A stretch of DNA of 64,000 nt from Vicinamibacterales bacterium (GCA_035492775.1 DATJIW010000097.1:2500-66499), one strand, 5' to 3'; shown: positions 56,367 to 64,000, numbered from the stretch's first letter. A program made the numbers and translations. Notes: generated by a model from the sequence alone, not told the origin.

Positions 56367-57848
56367 ATGCCCAGGTCTCTCACGAAGCTGCGGCGCCTCA
56401 TGCGGGGGCGTTTCGGTCTCTCTGAGTTCCGGCCCGGTCAGCAGGAGGTCGTGCGCGCGATGGTTGACGGGCACGACGCGATCGCCATCATGCCGACCGG
56501 CGCGGGCAAGTCGCTGTGCTATCAGCTGCCCGCCCTCCATCTTCCGGGGACGACGATCGTCGTGTCGCCGCTCATCGCGCTGATGAAGGACCAGGCGGAC
56601 AAACTGCGGGATCTCGGCGTCACCGCGCAGGCGATCAACTCGACGCTGACCGCGAGGGAGATTCAGGCGGCGCTCGACGCGATCCGCGCGGGGACCATCG
56701 ATTTCGTGTTCGCCACGCCGGAGCGACTCGAGGATCCGGCCTTCCTCGACATGCTGCGCGAGATTGAGATCGATCTGTTCGTCGTCGACGAAGCGCATTG
56801 CCTGTCTGAATGGGGCCACGATTTTCGTCCCGCGTTCCTGTCGCTGGGAGCTGCGATCCGTTCGTTGCGGCACCCGCCCGTGCTGGCGCTGACGGCGACC
56901 GCCACCGATCGCGTCATCGCAGACATCGTCAAACAGCTCGACCTGCGCGATCCCGTGCACGTCAACATGGGCATCTACCGCCCGAATCTGCACTTCGCGG
57001 TCGAGCACACGCCGAGCGATGCGCGCAAACAGCGCACGCTCGTCGAACGGCTGCGCGCCGCGCACGGCGCCGGGATCGTTTACGTCGCCACCATCAAACA
57101 TTGCGAGGAAGTGGCGCGCGTGCTCGAAATCGAGGGGCTGAGCGTCGGGAGGTATCACGGACGCCTCGGAAAGACGGTCCGCTCGGAAACGCAGGATCGC
57201 TTCATGCGGGGCGAGTTGCAGACCATCGTGGCGACGAACGCCTTCGGGATGGGAATCGACAAGCCGGACATCCGGTTCGTGATCCATTACGACATGCCGG
57301 GGTCCCTCGAGTCGTATTACCAGGAGGCGGGTCGGGCGGGCCGCGACGGCGGCGCCGCCGAGTGCGTGCTCCTCTACAAGATCGAGGATCGTCGAACGCA
57401 CCAGTTCTTCATGGGTGGCAAATACCCGGGAGCAGAGGCGCTGCTCGGCGTGCGCGACGCACTGATGCGAGCCAACGCCGCGTCGGTCCCGGCGCCGCTC
57501 TCCGCAATCCAGGAGCTCTCGGCGCCCGTCCCGGCAAACAAGGTGCGATCGATCCTGTCGATGATGAAAGAACAGCGGCTCGTTCGTGAACTGCGAGGCG
57601 CCAGGTTCCGGCTGCTGACGGGTGACGAGATTCCAATCGAGCGGCTCGAGGCCGTGGCGAAACAGTACGGCGATCGTCAGGACGCGGACCGCGCAAAACT
57701 CGAACGGATGGAGCAGTACGCCCGGAGCGCAACATGCCGGTGGAAGCTGCTGCTCGAATATTTCGGAGAGTCAGAAGGTTTCGATCGATGCGGGACGTGC
57801 GACAACTGCGTGATGCCGATGCAGGAGCGCCTCGGGATCGCCGGGTAG
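56367..57848 (+). CDS. recQ: RecQ-family ATP-dependent DNA helicase (short form, no HRDC seen)
   Basis: FRPGQQEVV, MPTGAGKSLCYQLPA, DEAHCLSEWGHDFRP, TATAT, VATNAFGMGIDKP, YYQEAGRAGRDG, and the C-terminal Zn motif CRW..CGTCDNC. Confidence 0.9.
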   Translation: MPRSLTKLRRLMRGRFGLSEFRPGQQEVVRAMVDGHDAIAIMPTGAGKSLCYQLPALHLPGTTIVVSPLIALMKDQADKLRDLGVTAQAINSTLTAREIQAALDAIRAGTIDFVFATPERLEDPAFLDMLREIEIDLFVVDEAHCLSEWGHDFRPAFLSLGAAIRSLRHPPVLALTATATDRVIADIVKQLDLRDPVHVNMGIYRPNLHFAVEHTPSDARKQRTLVERLRAAHGAGIVYVATIKHCEEVARVLEIEGLSVGRYHGRLGKTVRSETQDRFMRGELQTIVATNAFGMGIDKPDIRFVIHYDMPGSLESYYQEAGRAGRDGGAAECVLLYKIEDRRTHQFFMGGKYPGAEALLGVRDALMRANAASVPAPLSAIQELSAPVPANKVRSILSMMKEQRLVRELRGARFRLLTGDEIPIERLEAVAKQYGDRQDADRAKLERMEQYARSATCRWKLLLEYFGESEGFDRCGTCDNCVMPMQERLGIAG

Positions 57849-57853
57849 CCCGG

Positions 57854-58333
57854 CTAGGTGGAAAATCGCCGCTCCGCCCACCACCACGCGGCCAGCGCTG
57901 TTCCAAAGAAGGCCGATCCGACCACGTAGGTCACCAGTGACGGAACGGCGGGCGACGGCTGATGCTCACCTGCACGCGCGACGAAGTCGACCCCGCGCGA
58001 GATCGCGGACGCGACCGTCGAGAAGTTGAAGAGCGCGACGATCCCCCCGACGACAACGAGGAGCCCGCACACCAGCAGGAGGTTGAAGACGCGGTCGACC
58101 TGCTGCTCGGACCTCCACCGCTCGCTCCGGATGCGCGACGACACCGCTGCCGTGAAACGGGGAGGAGCCGGCGGCGCCTCCCACGATTCGAGCATGGCTT
58201 CGACACGCCGGGCCGTGGCAAGTGCGGAGGCACACCGCACGCAGCCTTCGACATGGCGGCGGAACTCCTCCGTCACCGGCTGCTCATCGGCCGCCACGGC
58301 TTCGATCTGATCCTGGATCTGCGCGCACGTCAT
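57854..58333 (-). CDS. Anti-sigma factor (zf-HC2), membrane anchored
   Basis: HVEGCVRCASAL motif and two C-terminal TM segments. Lies 16 nt downstream of the ECF sigma gene. Confidence 0.72.
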   Translation of the reverse strand: MTCAQIQDQIEAVAADEQPVTEEFRRHVEGCVRCASALATARRVEAMLESWEAPPAPPRFTAAVSSRIRSERWRSEQQVDRVFNLLLVCGLLVVVGGIVALFNFSTVASAISRGVDFVARAGEHQPSPAVPSLVTYVVGSAFFGTALAAWWWAERRFST

Positions 58334-58349
58334 CGGTCTGATCCGGTCT

Positions 58350-58892
58350 TCAGTGCGTCTCGTCGAGCAGTTCCCTCAGCCTGCGCTTCGCGCGGTGGAG
58401 GTGCGTCTTCACCGTCCCCAGTGGAATGTCGAGAGCTTCCGCCAGTGCCTCGTATTGCACGCCGCCAAGATGGTGCGCGGCGATGAGCACCCGGTACTGA
58501 TCCGGCAGTTTTGCCATCGCCTTCTCCAGCCGGTCCCGCAATTCCATCTCTGCGAACGACGCGTCGTCGCGCCGCGGTTCGATCGGGCGTCCCCCGCGGT
58601 CGTCGTCCAGCGATACCTCCCGCGGCCGCCGCGATCTCGCCTGCGAGCAGACGTTGATCACGATGCGATAGATCCACGTCGAGAGCCGCGCCTCGCCGCG
58701 GAAGTACGGCAATCCGCGGTGGATCTTCAGGAACACTTCCTGCGCCAGGTCGTCGGCCTGCGACCGATCGGGCCCGAGACGCCAGATCATCGCGTGCACC
58801 AGGTCCTTGTGGCCATCGACGAGATCCGCGAACGCCCGCTCGTCTCCCGTGCGGCAGCGTTCGATCAGCGCGCGTTCGGCGTCCTGGTCCAT
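58350..58892 (-). CDS. ECF RNA polymerase sigma factor
   Basis: Region 2 (DDLAQEVFLKIHR) and region 4 (YRVLIAAHHLGGVQYEALAEALDIPLGTVKTHLHRAK). Confidence 0.9.
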   Translation of the reverse strand: MDQDAERALIERCRTGDERAFADLVDGHKDLVHAMIWRLGPDRSQADDLAQEVFLKIHRGLPYFRGEARLSTWIYRIVINVCSQARSRRPREVSLDDDRGGRPIEPRRDDASFAEMELRDRLEKAMAKLPDQYRVLIAAHHLGGVQYEALAEALDIPLGTVKTHLHRAKRRLRELLDETH

Positions 58893-58926
58893 GCTATGGG
58901 ACAGTCACGCGCGCACGTCCATCTTC

Positions 58927-58960
58927 GGGATTAGAGCGCAGGCGCTTCCCCATTGTTTCA
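58927..58960 (-). promoter_or_regulatory. ECF-type promoter TGAAACAAT-N16-TCTAATCCC (minus strand, towards sigma gene)
   Basis: The minus strand reads TGAAACAATGGGGAAGCGCCTGCGCTCTAATCCC. Both boxes are identical to the plus-strand copy, and the spacer is unrelated. Confidence 0.5.
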
Positions 58961-58970
58961 CCGGACGCGC

Positions 58971-59004
58971 TGAAACAATCGCCGAACCCGCACGGTCTAA
59001 TCCC
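58971..59004 (+). promoter_or_regulatory. ECF-type promoter TGAAACAAT-N16-TCTAATCCC (plus strand, towards 59025 gene)
   Basis: TGAAACAATCGCCGAACCCGCACGGTCTAATCCC. AGGAGG at 59015-59020 and GTG 59025 follow. Confidence 0.5.
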
Positions 59005-59024
59005 ATTGACGGCCAGGAGGGCGC

Positions 59025-59504
59025 GTGAACGACCAATTTGCCGGAATTGTCCTTTGTCTGCTCGTGCTGGGTGCCGTGGTCTTGATCGGAATGGCACTCC
59101 GAGGCCGCCAGCGCCTGCGCGAATTCGCAGTCCGCGAGCGAATCGCGATGATCGAGCGCGGATTGATGCCCCCTCCGGAGGTCGATCCGGAGCGTTTCGA
59201 CCGGGGACTACTCCTCGCCGCCGCGTTGCAGCGCGCGTCGAATCCAAAGGGGACGCGTTACCGTTCGATGGGTGTGATGCTGATGGGGCTTGGCGGGGCG
59301 TTGTTCATGCTCCTGGCCTTCGCCGGCGGGATCATGGACATCGCCTTTGGTGTGGCCGGCGGCGTCATCGTGCTCGGATTGGCCGCCTACATCAACGGCA
59401 TTCTGGTATCCAATGACGTTCCAACGCCTGTCAGCGCTCCTCCGCCCCGACCGGCGGCACCGGCTGCGGCGGTCGTCCAACCGCCGGACAACGTCGCCCC
59501 ATAG
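59025..59504 (+). CDS. Hypothetical membrane protein (3 TM, Pro-rich tail)
   Basis: AGGAGG RBS and GTG start. One N-terminal TM segment, an RERIAMIERGLMPPP helix, then two more TM segments. Confidence 0.6.
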   Translation: MNDQFAGIVLCLLVLGAVVLIGMALRGRQRLREFAVRERIAMIERGLMPPPEVDPERFDRGLLLAAALQRASNPKGTRYRSMGVMLMGLGGALFMLLAFAGGIMDIAFGVAGGVIVLGLAAYINGILVSNDVPTPVSAPPPRPAAPAAAVVQPPDNVAP

Positions 59505-59624
59505 CTGTGCCTTTTTTCGTGTCGTGTATCACGGGCTACTCACTTGGCTGGCGGACGAGGTAACGAACTCCACAAAACCCACGTAAAACGTCGTTATTGC
59601 GCCGCCGAGCGGCTGACTTTCAGG

Positions 59625-59640
59625 TGGCACCCACGTTGCT
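59625..59640 (+). promoter_or_regulatory. Consensus sigma-54 promoter TGGCAC-N5-TTGCT
   Basis: Exact TGGCAC (59625-30) and TTGC (59636-39) at canonical spacing, in a 284-nt gap between convergent genes. No ORF lies downstream. Confidence 0.6.
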
Positions 59641-59650
59641 CTAGGTAAGG

Positions 59651-59780
59651 GCGTCCGGTCACGAAAGCGGCCGGGCCTACCGCTCCGGCGTTCCGCCAGG
59701 GCAACCGCCCCGCCACCACACCCTGCCAACAGGCTGCAGGGAGCGTCTTCGGACCTCCCTGTCCTGCCATCCTTTCCTGA
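59651..59780 (+). ncRNA. Candidate sigma-54-dependent small RNA (boundaries approximate)
   Basis: Predicted +1 about 59651, with no ATG or GTG ORF in the segment. GAAA-capped hairpin at 59655-59674, GGCG-UUC-CGCC at 59687-59697, and a 14-bp UUCG-capped hairpin at 59730-59766 followed by CCUUUCCU. Confidence 0.4.
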
Positions 59781-59788
59781 ATTGGCGC

Positions 59789-60694
59789 TCAGATCCGCGG
59801 CGCGGGCGCGGCGGGAATCTCCTCTGGACGATGGCGTCGCAATCGCGCGTTGGCGGCTGTGACTTCGACGCCATAGAGGAATAGAACGGCGCACGTATAC
59901 ACCCAGACGAGGAACACCACGACCGCCGCTATCGAGCCGTGGACGTTCGTCAACCGATCCATGCTGACGCGCAGATACCACGAGAAACCGAACAGCGCAC
60001 CGCGCCACAGCAGACCCGTGACGACGGCGCCCACCCAGACGTCACGAAAACGCACTTCCGCATTCGGGACGAAGTAGAAGATGAGGCCCACGACGAGGAT
60101 GAACACCACCGTGCTGCCGATCTTCACCGCGATGTTCTGCAGGACTGTGAGCGCGGGCGTTCGCACGAGGACGACGGCGAACCAGCGCGCCTCGATCACG
60201 TTGATGGCGCTGACCAGCAGCAGACCGCCGAGCAGCAGCACGCTGGCGGCGATCAGCATCAGGAGCGCGATCAGCTTGTGGCGGAAGTAGCTCGGTTGTT
60301 TCTCGACGCCCCACGCGTGGTTCACCGCGGACGTGATCGCGCTGAACACGCCCATGGCCGCCCAGATCATCACCACGCTTCCGGCGACGCCCAGCCGGAG
60401 CCTGGCCTGTTGCAGCGCGTCGAGCTGCGCGGTGACGAACTCAAAGTGTCTCGGGAAGTAGCGCAGCACGAAGCCGAGGATCTCGGCGCGATCGCCGACG
60501 TCGACAGTGACGCTACCGAGGATGGAGAACGCGAGAAGGAAGAAGGGAAAGAGCGACAGCAGCGCGTAGTAGGCGATGGAGGACGCGAAGGTGAGGTCGT
60601 TGGACTGGTAGATGCCGACCACACCGCGCCAGATGGCGAGACCCGTCAGACGAATCTCGCCTCGGATACGTGAGGCCGTGCGCCGCCCGTCCAC
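59789..60694 (-). CDS. YihY/BrkB (ribonuclease BN-like) family membrane protein
   Basis: LTFASSIAYYALLSLFPFFLL and six TM segments typical of YihY. Confidence 0.85.
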   Translation of the reverse strand: MDGRRTASRIRGEIRLTGLAIWRGVVGIYQSNDLTFASSIAYYALLSLFPFFLLAFSILGSVTVDVGDRAEILGFVLRYFPRHFEFVTAQLDALQQARLRLGVAGSVVMIWAAMGVFSAITSAVNHAWGVEKQPSYFRHKLIALLMLIAASVLLLGGLLLVSAINVIEARWFAVVLVRTPALTVLQNIAVKIGSTVVFILVVGLIFYFVPNAEVRFRDVWVGAVVTGLLWRGALFGFSWYLRVSMDRLTNVHGSIAAVVVFLVWVYTCAVLFLYGVEVTAANARLRRHRPEEIPAAPAPRI

Positions 60695-60706
60695 GGCCCG
60701 ATGATA

Positions 60707-60907
60707 TCAACCCCTGTGGCCGCTCAGCTCCCAGGCGCGACGGGCTTCGCCGACCGCCCAGGCGGCCAGCGGCCCGCGCGCCCACGAGCGCGCGAGCTGC
60801 CACGCCAGGACGCGCAGCCGCGGCGTACGGAGCACCGCATACGCAGCGCTCACTGCCGCCGCCACCATCACGACGTTCGCCGTCGTGCGCGCCTGCTGTT
60901 CCGTCAT
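60707..60907 (-). CDS. Small membrane protein
   Basis: ATG 60907 lies 10 nt after the upstream stop, and the protein has one TM segment (VVMVAAAVSAAYAVL). No family recognised. Confidence 0.4.
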   Translation of the reverse strand: MTEQQARTTANVVMVAAAVSAAYAVLRTPRLRVLAWQLARSWARGPLAAWAVGEARRAWELSGHRG

Positions 60908-60917
60908 CGCGTCGCCG

Positions 60918-61322
60918 TCAGCGCGTTCCCCCCGGCGTGCTCGTCGAACCGAGGTCACGATTGTGCGTGCCGCCCGTGCTGCCGGATGTGCTGCTTCCGG
61001 AATTGGACGTCGACGCTCCGCTCGTGCCCGTCGTGCCGGTGGCGCCCGAAGCCATGCTGCTCACGCTGGAGCGGGCCCGGTCGTACGCGTCGCGGCCACG
61101 GTCCACCATCTGGCTGACCTTGTCAGACGCCTGCTGATACGTATCGCCAGCCGTCGAGCGCAGCTTCCCCGCCGACTCGCCAAGCTGGGACCGCAGTTCG
61201 GATCCCGCCTTCGGCGCGAACAACATGCCGAGCCCCGCGCCTAGTACCGTGCCCGCCAGCAGCCCCATCAGGAACGAGCCGCCGCCTTCTTCCCGCTCAT
61301 AGCGATCGTATTCGTATGCCAT
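60918..61322 (-). CDS. YtxH-domain protein with Ser/Thr/Gly-rich tail
   Basis: GGAGG RBS and ATG 61322. FLMGLLAGTVLGAGLGMLFAPKAGSELRSQL is the YtxH signature. Confidence 0.7.
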   Translation of the reverse strand: MAYEYDRYEREEGGGSFLMGLLAGTVLGAGLGMLFAPKAGSELRSQLGESAGKLRSTAGDTYQQASDKVSQMVDRGRDAYDRARSSVSSMASGATGTTGTSGASTSNSGSSTSGSTGGTHNRDLGSTSTPGGTR

Positions 61323-61393
61323 GCAACCTCCTTGAATCCGTTCGTCGTCCGTCATCCGAGAGCCCGCCTCGCCGAAGCCAGGGGCGAAGCCGG

Positions 61394-61774
61394 TCACGCC
61401 TGCTGCAGCACCGACATGATCGCCGCGCGGACGCCGCGCACGATCCCGACGGCCTGGTAGACCTTGTCGCGCACGGACGACCGCATCCGATCAGCCGTCT
61501 CATCCACTCGGTCGAAAGTGCCGGTAATGGCCTGGTCCACGCGCTCCGTCTGCTGGCTCACGCGTGCGGTAATCGACTGGACATCTGCAAGGATCGCGTC
61601 GACTTTGCGCCGCAGCGGCACGATCTCACGCAGCTCGAGGTCCGCCACGAACTGCATCGCCCGGCGGTATGCCATGAAACCCGCAATCCCAACGCCGATG
61701 AGCAGCAACGCCTCGAGTACGCTCACCGCCGCCATGACGCCCAGCAGCACGTTGGTCGTGTGGAGATCCGCCAC
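61394..61774 (-). CDS. DUF948-like membrane-anchored coiled-coil protein
   Basis: N-terminal TM followed by a helical region, in the same operon as the YtxH genes. Confidence 0.6.
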   Translation of the reverse strand: MADLHTTNVLLGVMAAVSVLEALLLIGVGIAGFMAYRRAMQFVADLELREIVPLRRKVDAILADVQSITARVSQQTERVDQAITGTFDRVDETADRMRSSVRDKVYQAVGIVRGVRAAIMSVLQQA

Positions 61775-61786
61775 TACTGGCCTCCT

Positions 61787-62050
61787 TTAAGCCGACCAGC
61801 GGCCCTGCGCGGCGCCGGGCAGCGTGCCGCCCGTAATGTCACCGAGCGAGCGCCAGCCTTCATTCGCCGCCGTTCGTGCCTTCTCGACCGTTCCCCTCAA
61901 CGCATGCATTTCGCGGATGAAATCGTCGAGCTTGGGTTCAATCTGGCTTCGCACACGCCGTCCCTGCTCGGTCAGATACAGCCAGCCCCAGATGCCGCCG
62001 GCGGCGGCGCCGAGCACGGTAGCCAGCAATACACGCGATCGCTCTTCCAC
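61787..62050 (-). CDS. YtxH-like small membrane protein
   Basis: GGAGG-N6-GTG at 62050, TM VLLATVLGAAAGGIWGWLYL, then a helical region. The ORF opens at GTG 62104, which would coincide with the predicted sigma-54 +1. Confidence 0.55.
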   Translation of the reverse strand: MEERSRVLLATVLGAAAGGIWGWLYLTEQGRRVRSQIEPKLDDFIREMHALRGTVEKARTAANEGWRSLGDITGGTLPGAAQGRWSA

Positions 62051-62113
62051 GTCGCCCTCCTTCAACACTGCGGCGCCAGGAATGCGCGCACGCATCGCAA
62101 ACACATCCGATGT

Positions 62114-62129
62114 ATCAAACCGTGTGCCA
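62114..62129 (-). promoter_or_regulatory. Sigma-54-like promoter TGGCAC-N5-TTGAT
   Basis: The minus strand reads GTGGCACACGGTTTGAT, with exact -24 and -12 GA rather than GC. It lies 30 nt after the terminator of the EBP gene and about 65 nt before GTG 62050. Confidence 0.4.
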
Positions 62130-62158
62130 CGGCTTTCTCTCTAGCTGATACGGCTGTA

Positions 62159-62197
62159 AACACGAAACGGGACGCAAAATGCGTCCCGTTTCGTGTT
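62159..62197 (-). terminator. Perfect 17-bp hairpin AACACGAAACGGGACGC-AAAAT-GCGTCCCGTTTCGTGTT
   Basis: Lies 35 nt downstream of the EBP stop (62232) and is followed on the minus strand by UUUACAG. Confidence 0.6.
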
Positions 62198-62231
62198 GCA
62201 GCCCGTCTGCGCGTCGACGTCGCGGCCGATC

Positions 62232-63632
62232 TCAAACGGTCGCCGGCCGGCGGCCGGCGGCCTTGGCGCCGTCCTGGATCTCGTGTTTCTTCATCTTGCT
62301 GTACAAAGTCGGCCGATAGAGCCCGAGGATCTGCGCCGCTTCCTGTTTGTTCCAGTTCGTCCGCTGCAGCGTCTGCAGAATGGCCATCCGCTCGATCTCC
62401 GCCAACGTGCGGTGTGGCGGGATCACGAATTCCGTCGTCGTCGTACTCTCGGTGCGCAGCGACTCCGGAAGGTCATTGACGGTAATCTCCTGCCCTTTCG
62501 CCACCAACACGCCGCGCTCGATGACGTTTTCCAGCTCACGAACATTTCCAGGCCAGCGATGACGAATCAGCACGTGATACGCCGCAGGCGCGATCGACTT
62601 GACGTTGCGCTGGTGCCGCTGACGGTACTTCTCGAGAAAGTGCTCGCACAGCAGCGGAATGTCCTCGGTGCGCTCCCGCAGCGGCGGGACGCGCAGCGTG
62701 ATCGTATTGATGCGGAAGTAGAGGTCCTCGCGGACCTTCCCGTCGCGGAGCGCGGCGTCCAGATCGATGTTCGTCGCGCAGATCAACCGGAAGTCCACGC
62801 GCACGATCCGGTCGCTCCCGATCGGCCGGTATTCGCGCTCCTGCAGCACACGCAGCAGCTTCGTCTGCAGGTACGGCGGCATTTCGCCGATCTCGTCGAG
62901 CAGCAGCGATCCGCCTTCGGCCATCTCGAAGAGGCCTTCCTTGTCGGTCGCCGCGCCCGTGAACGCGCCCTTCTTGTAGCCGAACAGCTCTGACTCGATG
63001 AGATCCTTCGGGATCGCCGCACAGTTGATCTTGATGAACGGCCCCTTCGCCCGCTTCGAGTTGTAATGGATCGCGTTGGCGATGAGCTCCTTGCCGGTCC
63101 CGTTCTCGCCCTGGATCAGGATGTTGGCGTCGCTGCCCGCAACGCTCTCCACCAGCTCGAGCACCTCGTGCATCTTCTTGCTCTTGCCGATGATGTTGCC
63201 GAACCGGAACTGCCCTTCCAGCTTCTGTTTGAGCAGCAGGTTCTCGCCGACGAGATCGCGCCGCTCGATCGCCCGCTCGAGCATCGCGAGCAGCGTGTCG
63301 GGCTCGATCGGTTTCTCGACGAAGCTGTGCGCCCCGGCCTTCATTGCTTCGACGGCCTTCGGCACACTGCCGTGGCCCGTGATGACGATGACCTCGGTGT
63401 CGGCGTGGGTCTGCTTGAACCGGCGAAGCAGCTCGAGGCCGTCGACGTCCGGGAGCATCATGTCCGTGATGGCGACGTCGGGCTTCCAGGTCTTGAAGAT
63501 CTCGTCGCCCCGGGTGCCAATCATTGCCGTTCGGACTTCGTACCCTTCGTGCTCGAGCAGGATCTTCAGCCACTCGATCATCGCGGGCTCGTCGTCCACC
63601 GCGAGGACGCGATATTTCTTTTTCATCGTCAT
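62232..63632 (-). CDS. Sigma-54-dependent Fis-family response regulator (NtrC-type enhancer-binding protein)
   Basis: Receiver motifs (VLAVDDEP, DVAITDMMLPD), AAA+ motifs (GENGTGKE, GAFTGA, LLLDEIGEM, RVDFRLICATN, WPGNVRELEN), and a C-terminal Fis HTH. Confidence 0.93.
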   Translation of the reverse strand: MTMKKKYRVLAVDDEPAMIEWLKILLEHEGYEVRTAMIGTRGDEIFKTWKPDVAITDMMLPDVDGLELLRRFKQTHADTEVIVITGHGSVPKAVEAMKAGAHSFVEKPIEPDTLLAMLERAIERRDLVGENLLLKQKLEGQFRFGNIIGKSKKMHEVLELVESVAGSDANILIQGENGTGKELIANAIHYNSKRAKGPFIKINCAAIPKDLIESELFGYKKGAFTGAATDKEGLFEMAEGGSLLLDEIGEMPPYLQTKLLRVLQEREYRPIGSDRIVRVDFRLICATNIDLDAALRDGKVREDLYFRINTITLRVPPLRERTEDIPLLCEHFLEKYRQRHQRNVKSIAPAAYHVLIRHRWPGNVRELENVIERGVLVAKGQEITVNDLPESLRTESTTTTEFVIPPHRTLAEIERMAILQTLQRTNWNKQEAAQILGLYRPTLYSKMKKHEIQDGAKAAGRRPATV

Positions 63633-63870
63633 ATCAATGGAGAATTATACAGATCGCAGCAGAACTGTCCATATACTTGACATTTGTTCTGTTTTCATAC
63701 GGTAAATTCTGCAACCATGGCGTTTCCGGGGCATACACTGTATTGACGCTATAATCCCAGCGATGGCTCACCCGCCCCGTCCGGAGTCCCTTCCGAAGTC
63801 GGCCATACCCCAGTCATCACTGCCTGCCGACGCGGGTTCCGGCACCACCTGTAGTCGAGAAACAGACGCG

Positions 63871-63966
63871 ATGCCGTGCGATCGCTGCGGGACCGGGATG
63901 TTCCGGATGCACGCGGTCTGGCGGTGTCCGAACTGCGGGTTCAAGACCGACTGCTGCGGCTGGTAA
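63871..63966 (+). CDS. Cys-rich 31-aa micro-ORF (zinc-ribbon-like); may extend to ATG 63763
   Basis: MPCDRCGTGMFRMHAVWRCPNCGFKTDCCGW has two CxxC pairs plus CC. TAA 63964-66 is directly followed by ATG 63967, which opens an ORF running off the window. Confidence 0.35.
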   Translation: MPCDRCGTGMFRMHAVWRCPNCGFKTDCCGW

Positions 63967-64000
63967 ATGGACCGCCTCGCGTCGCACATCGACCCGGCCA

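Noticed and set aside
59505-59788. Known housekeeping RNAs (SRP/4.5S, 6S, tmRNA, RNase P) in the long convergent gap
   Set aside because: I could not find the conserved cores: the SRP domain IV GGAA loop context, the RNase P GAGGAAAGUCC, or the tmRNA tRNA-like ends. This cannot be fully excluded without a covariance-model search.

Overview
Visibly GC-rich bacterial chromosomal segment. Five ADOP-type duplicated FtsX permeases (one with a PadR partner), two ECF sigma/anti-sigma modules and many GC-driven shadow ORFs suggest Acidobacteriota; this is inference, since no search was possible. I support about 60 protein genes, mostly in tightly coupled operons with ATGA/GTGA overlaps, and one tRNA-Leu(UAA). 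I saw no rRNA, CRISPR array, transposase or integrase. Recognisable content: a TolC/MFP/MacB-type efflux operon; folK and a DksA-like gene; a co-directional tesA-ybbA-ybbP-like locus; a metallophosphoesterase/L,D-transpeptidase/M23 wall operon; an ECF sigma/anti-sigma/DUF4097 operon; a receiver-PP2C gene; a LytS/LytTR pair followed by DUF2339 and FNT-channel genes; an FTR1 permease; ppa/PPK2/pdxH; a GT2-methyltransferase fusion; an amidase; a DUF255/crotonase operon; an ABC-2 pair; recQ; and an NtrC-type sigma-54 activator next to a YtxH/DUF948/YihY operon. Findings worth a second look: (1) a consensus sigma-54 promoter with no gene behind it, in a convergent intergenic gap, followed by about 130 nt of ORF-free sequence with GNRA and UUCG hairpins. 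This is a candidate sigma-54-dependent sRNA, and a near-identical promoter lies upstream of a receiver-PilZ gene. (2) A GTGA-coupled pair made of a small tail-anchored secreted protein and a C39-like cysteine peptidase fused to a POTRA/Omp85-like barrel. (3) Two back-to-back ECF-type promoters with identical -35 and -10 boxes. (4) CAGTT-based tandem and inverted repeats directly after the LytTR regulator gene. (5) A degenerate copy of the tRNA-Leu 3' half that brackets about 1 kb of lower-GC DNA. (6) Two loci carrying GGGGWCWGWCCCC palindromes. All functional calls rest on motif recognition in the supplied translations. Start codons were chosen by hand and several remain uncertain.
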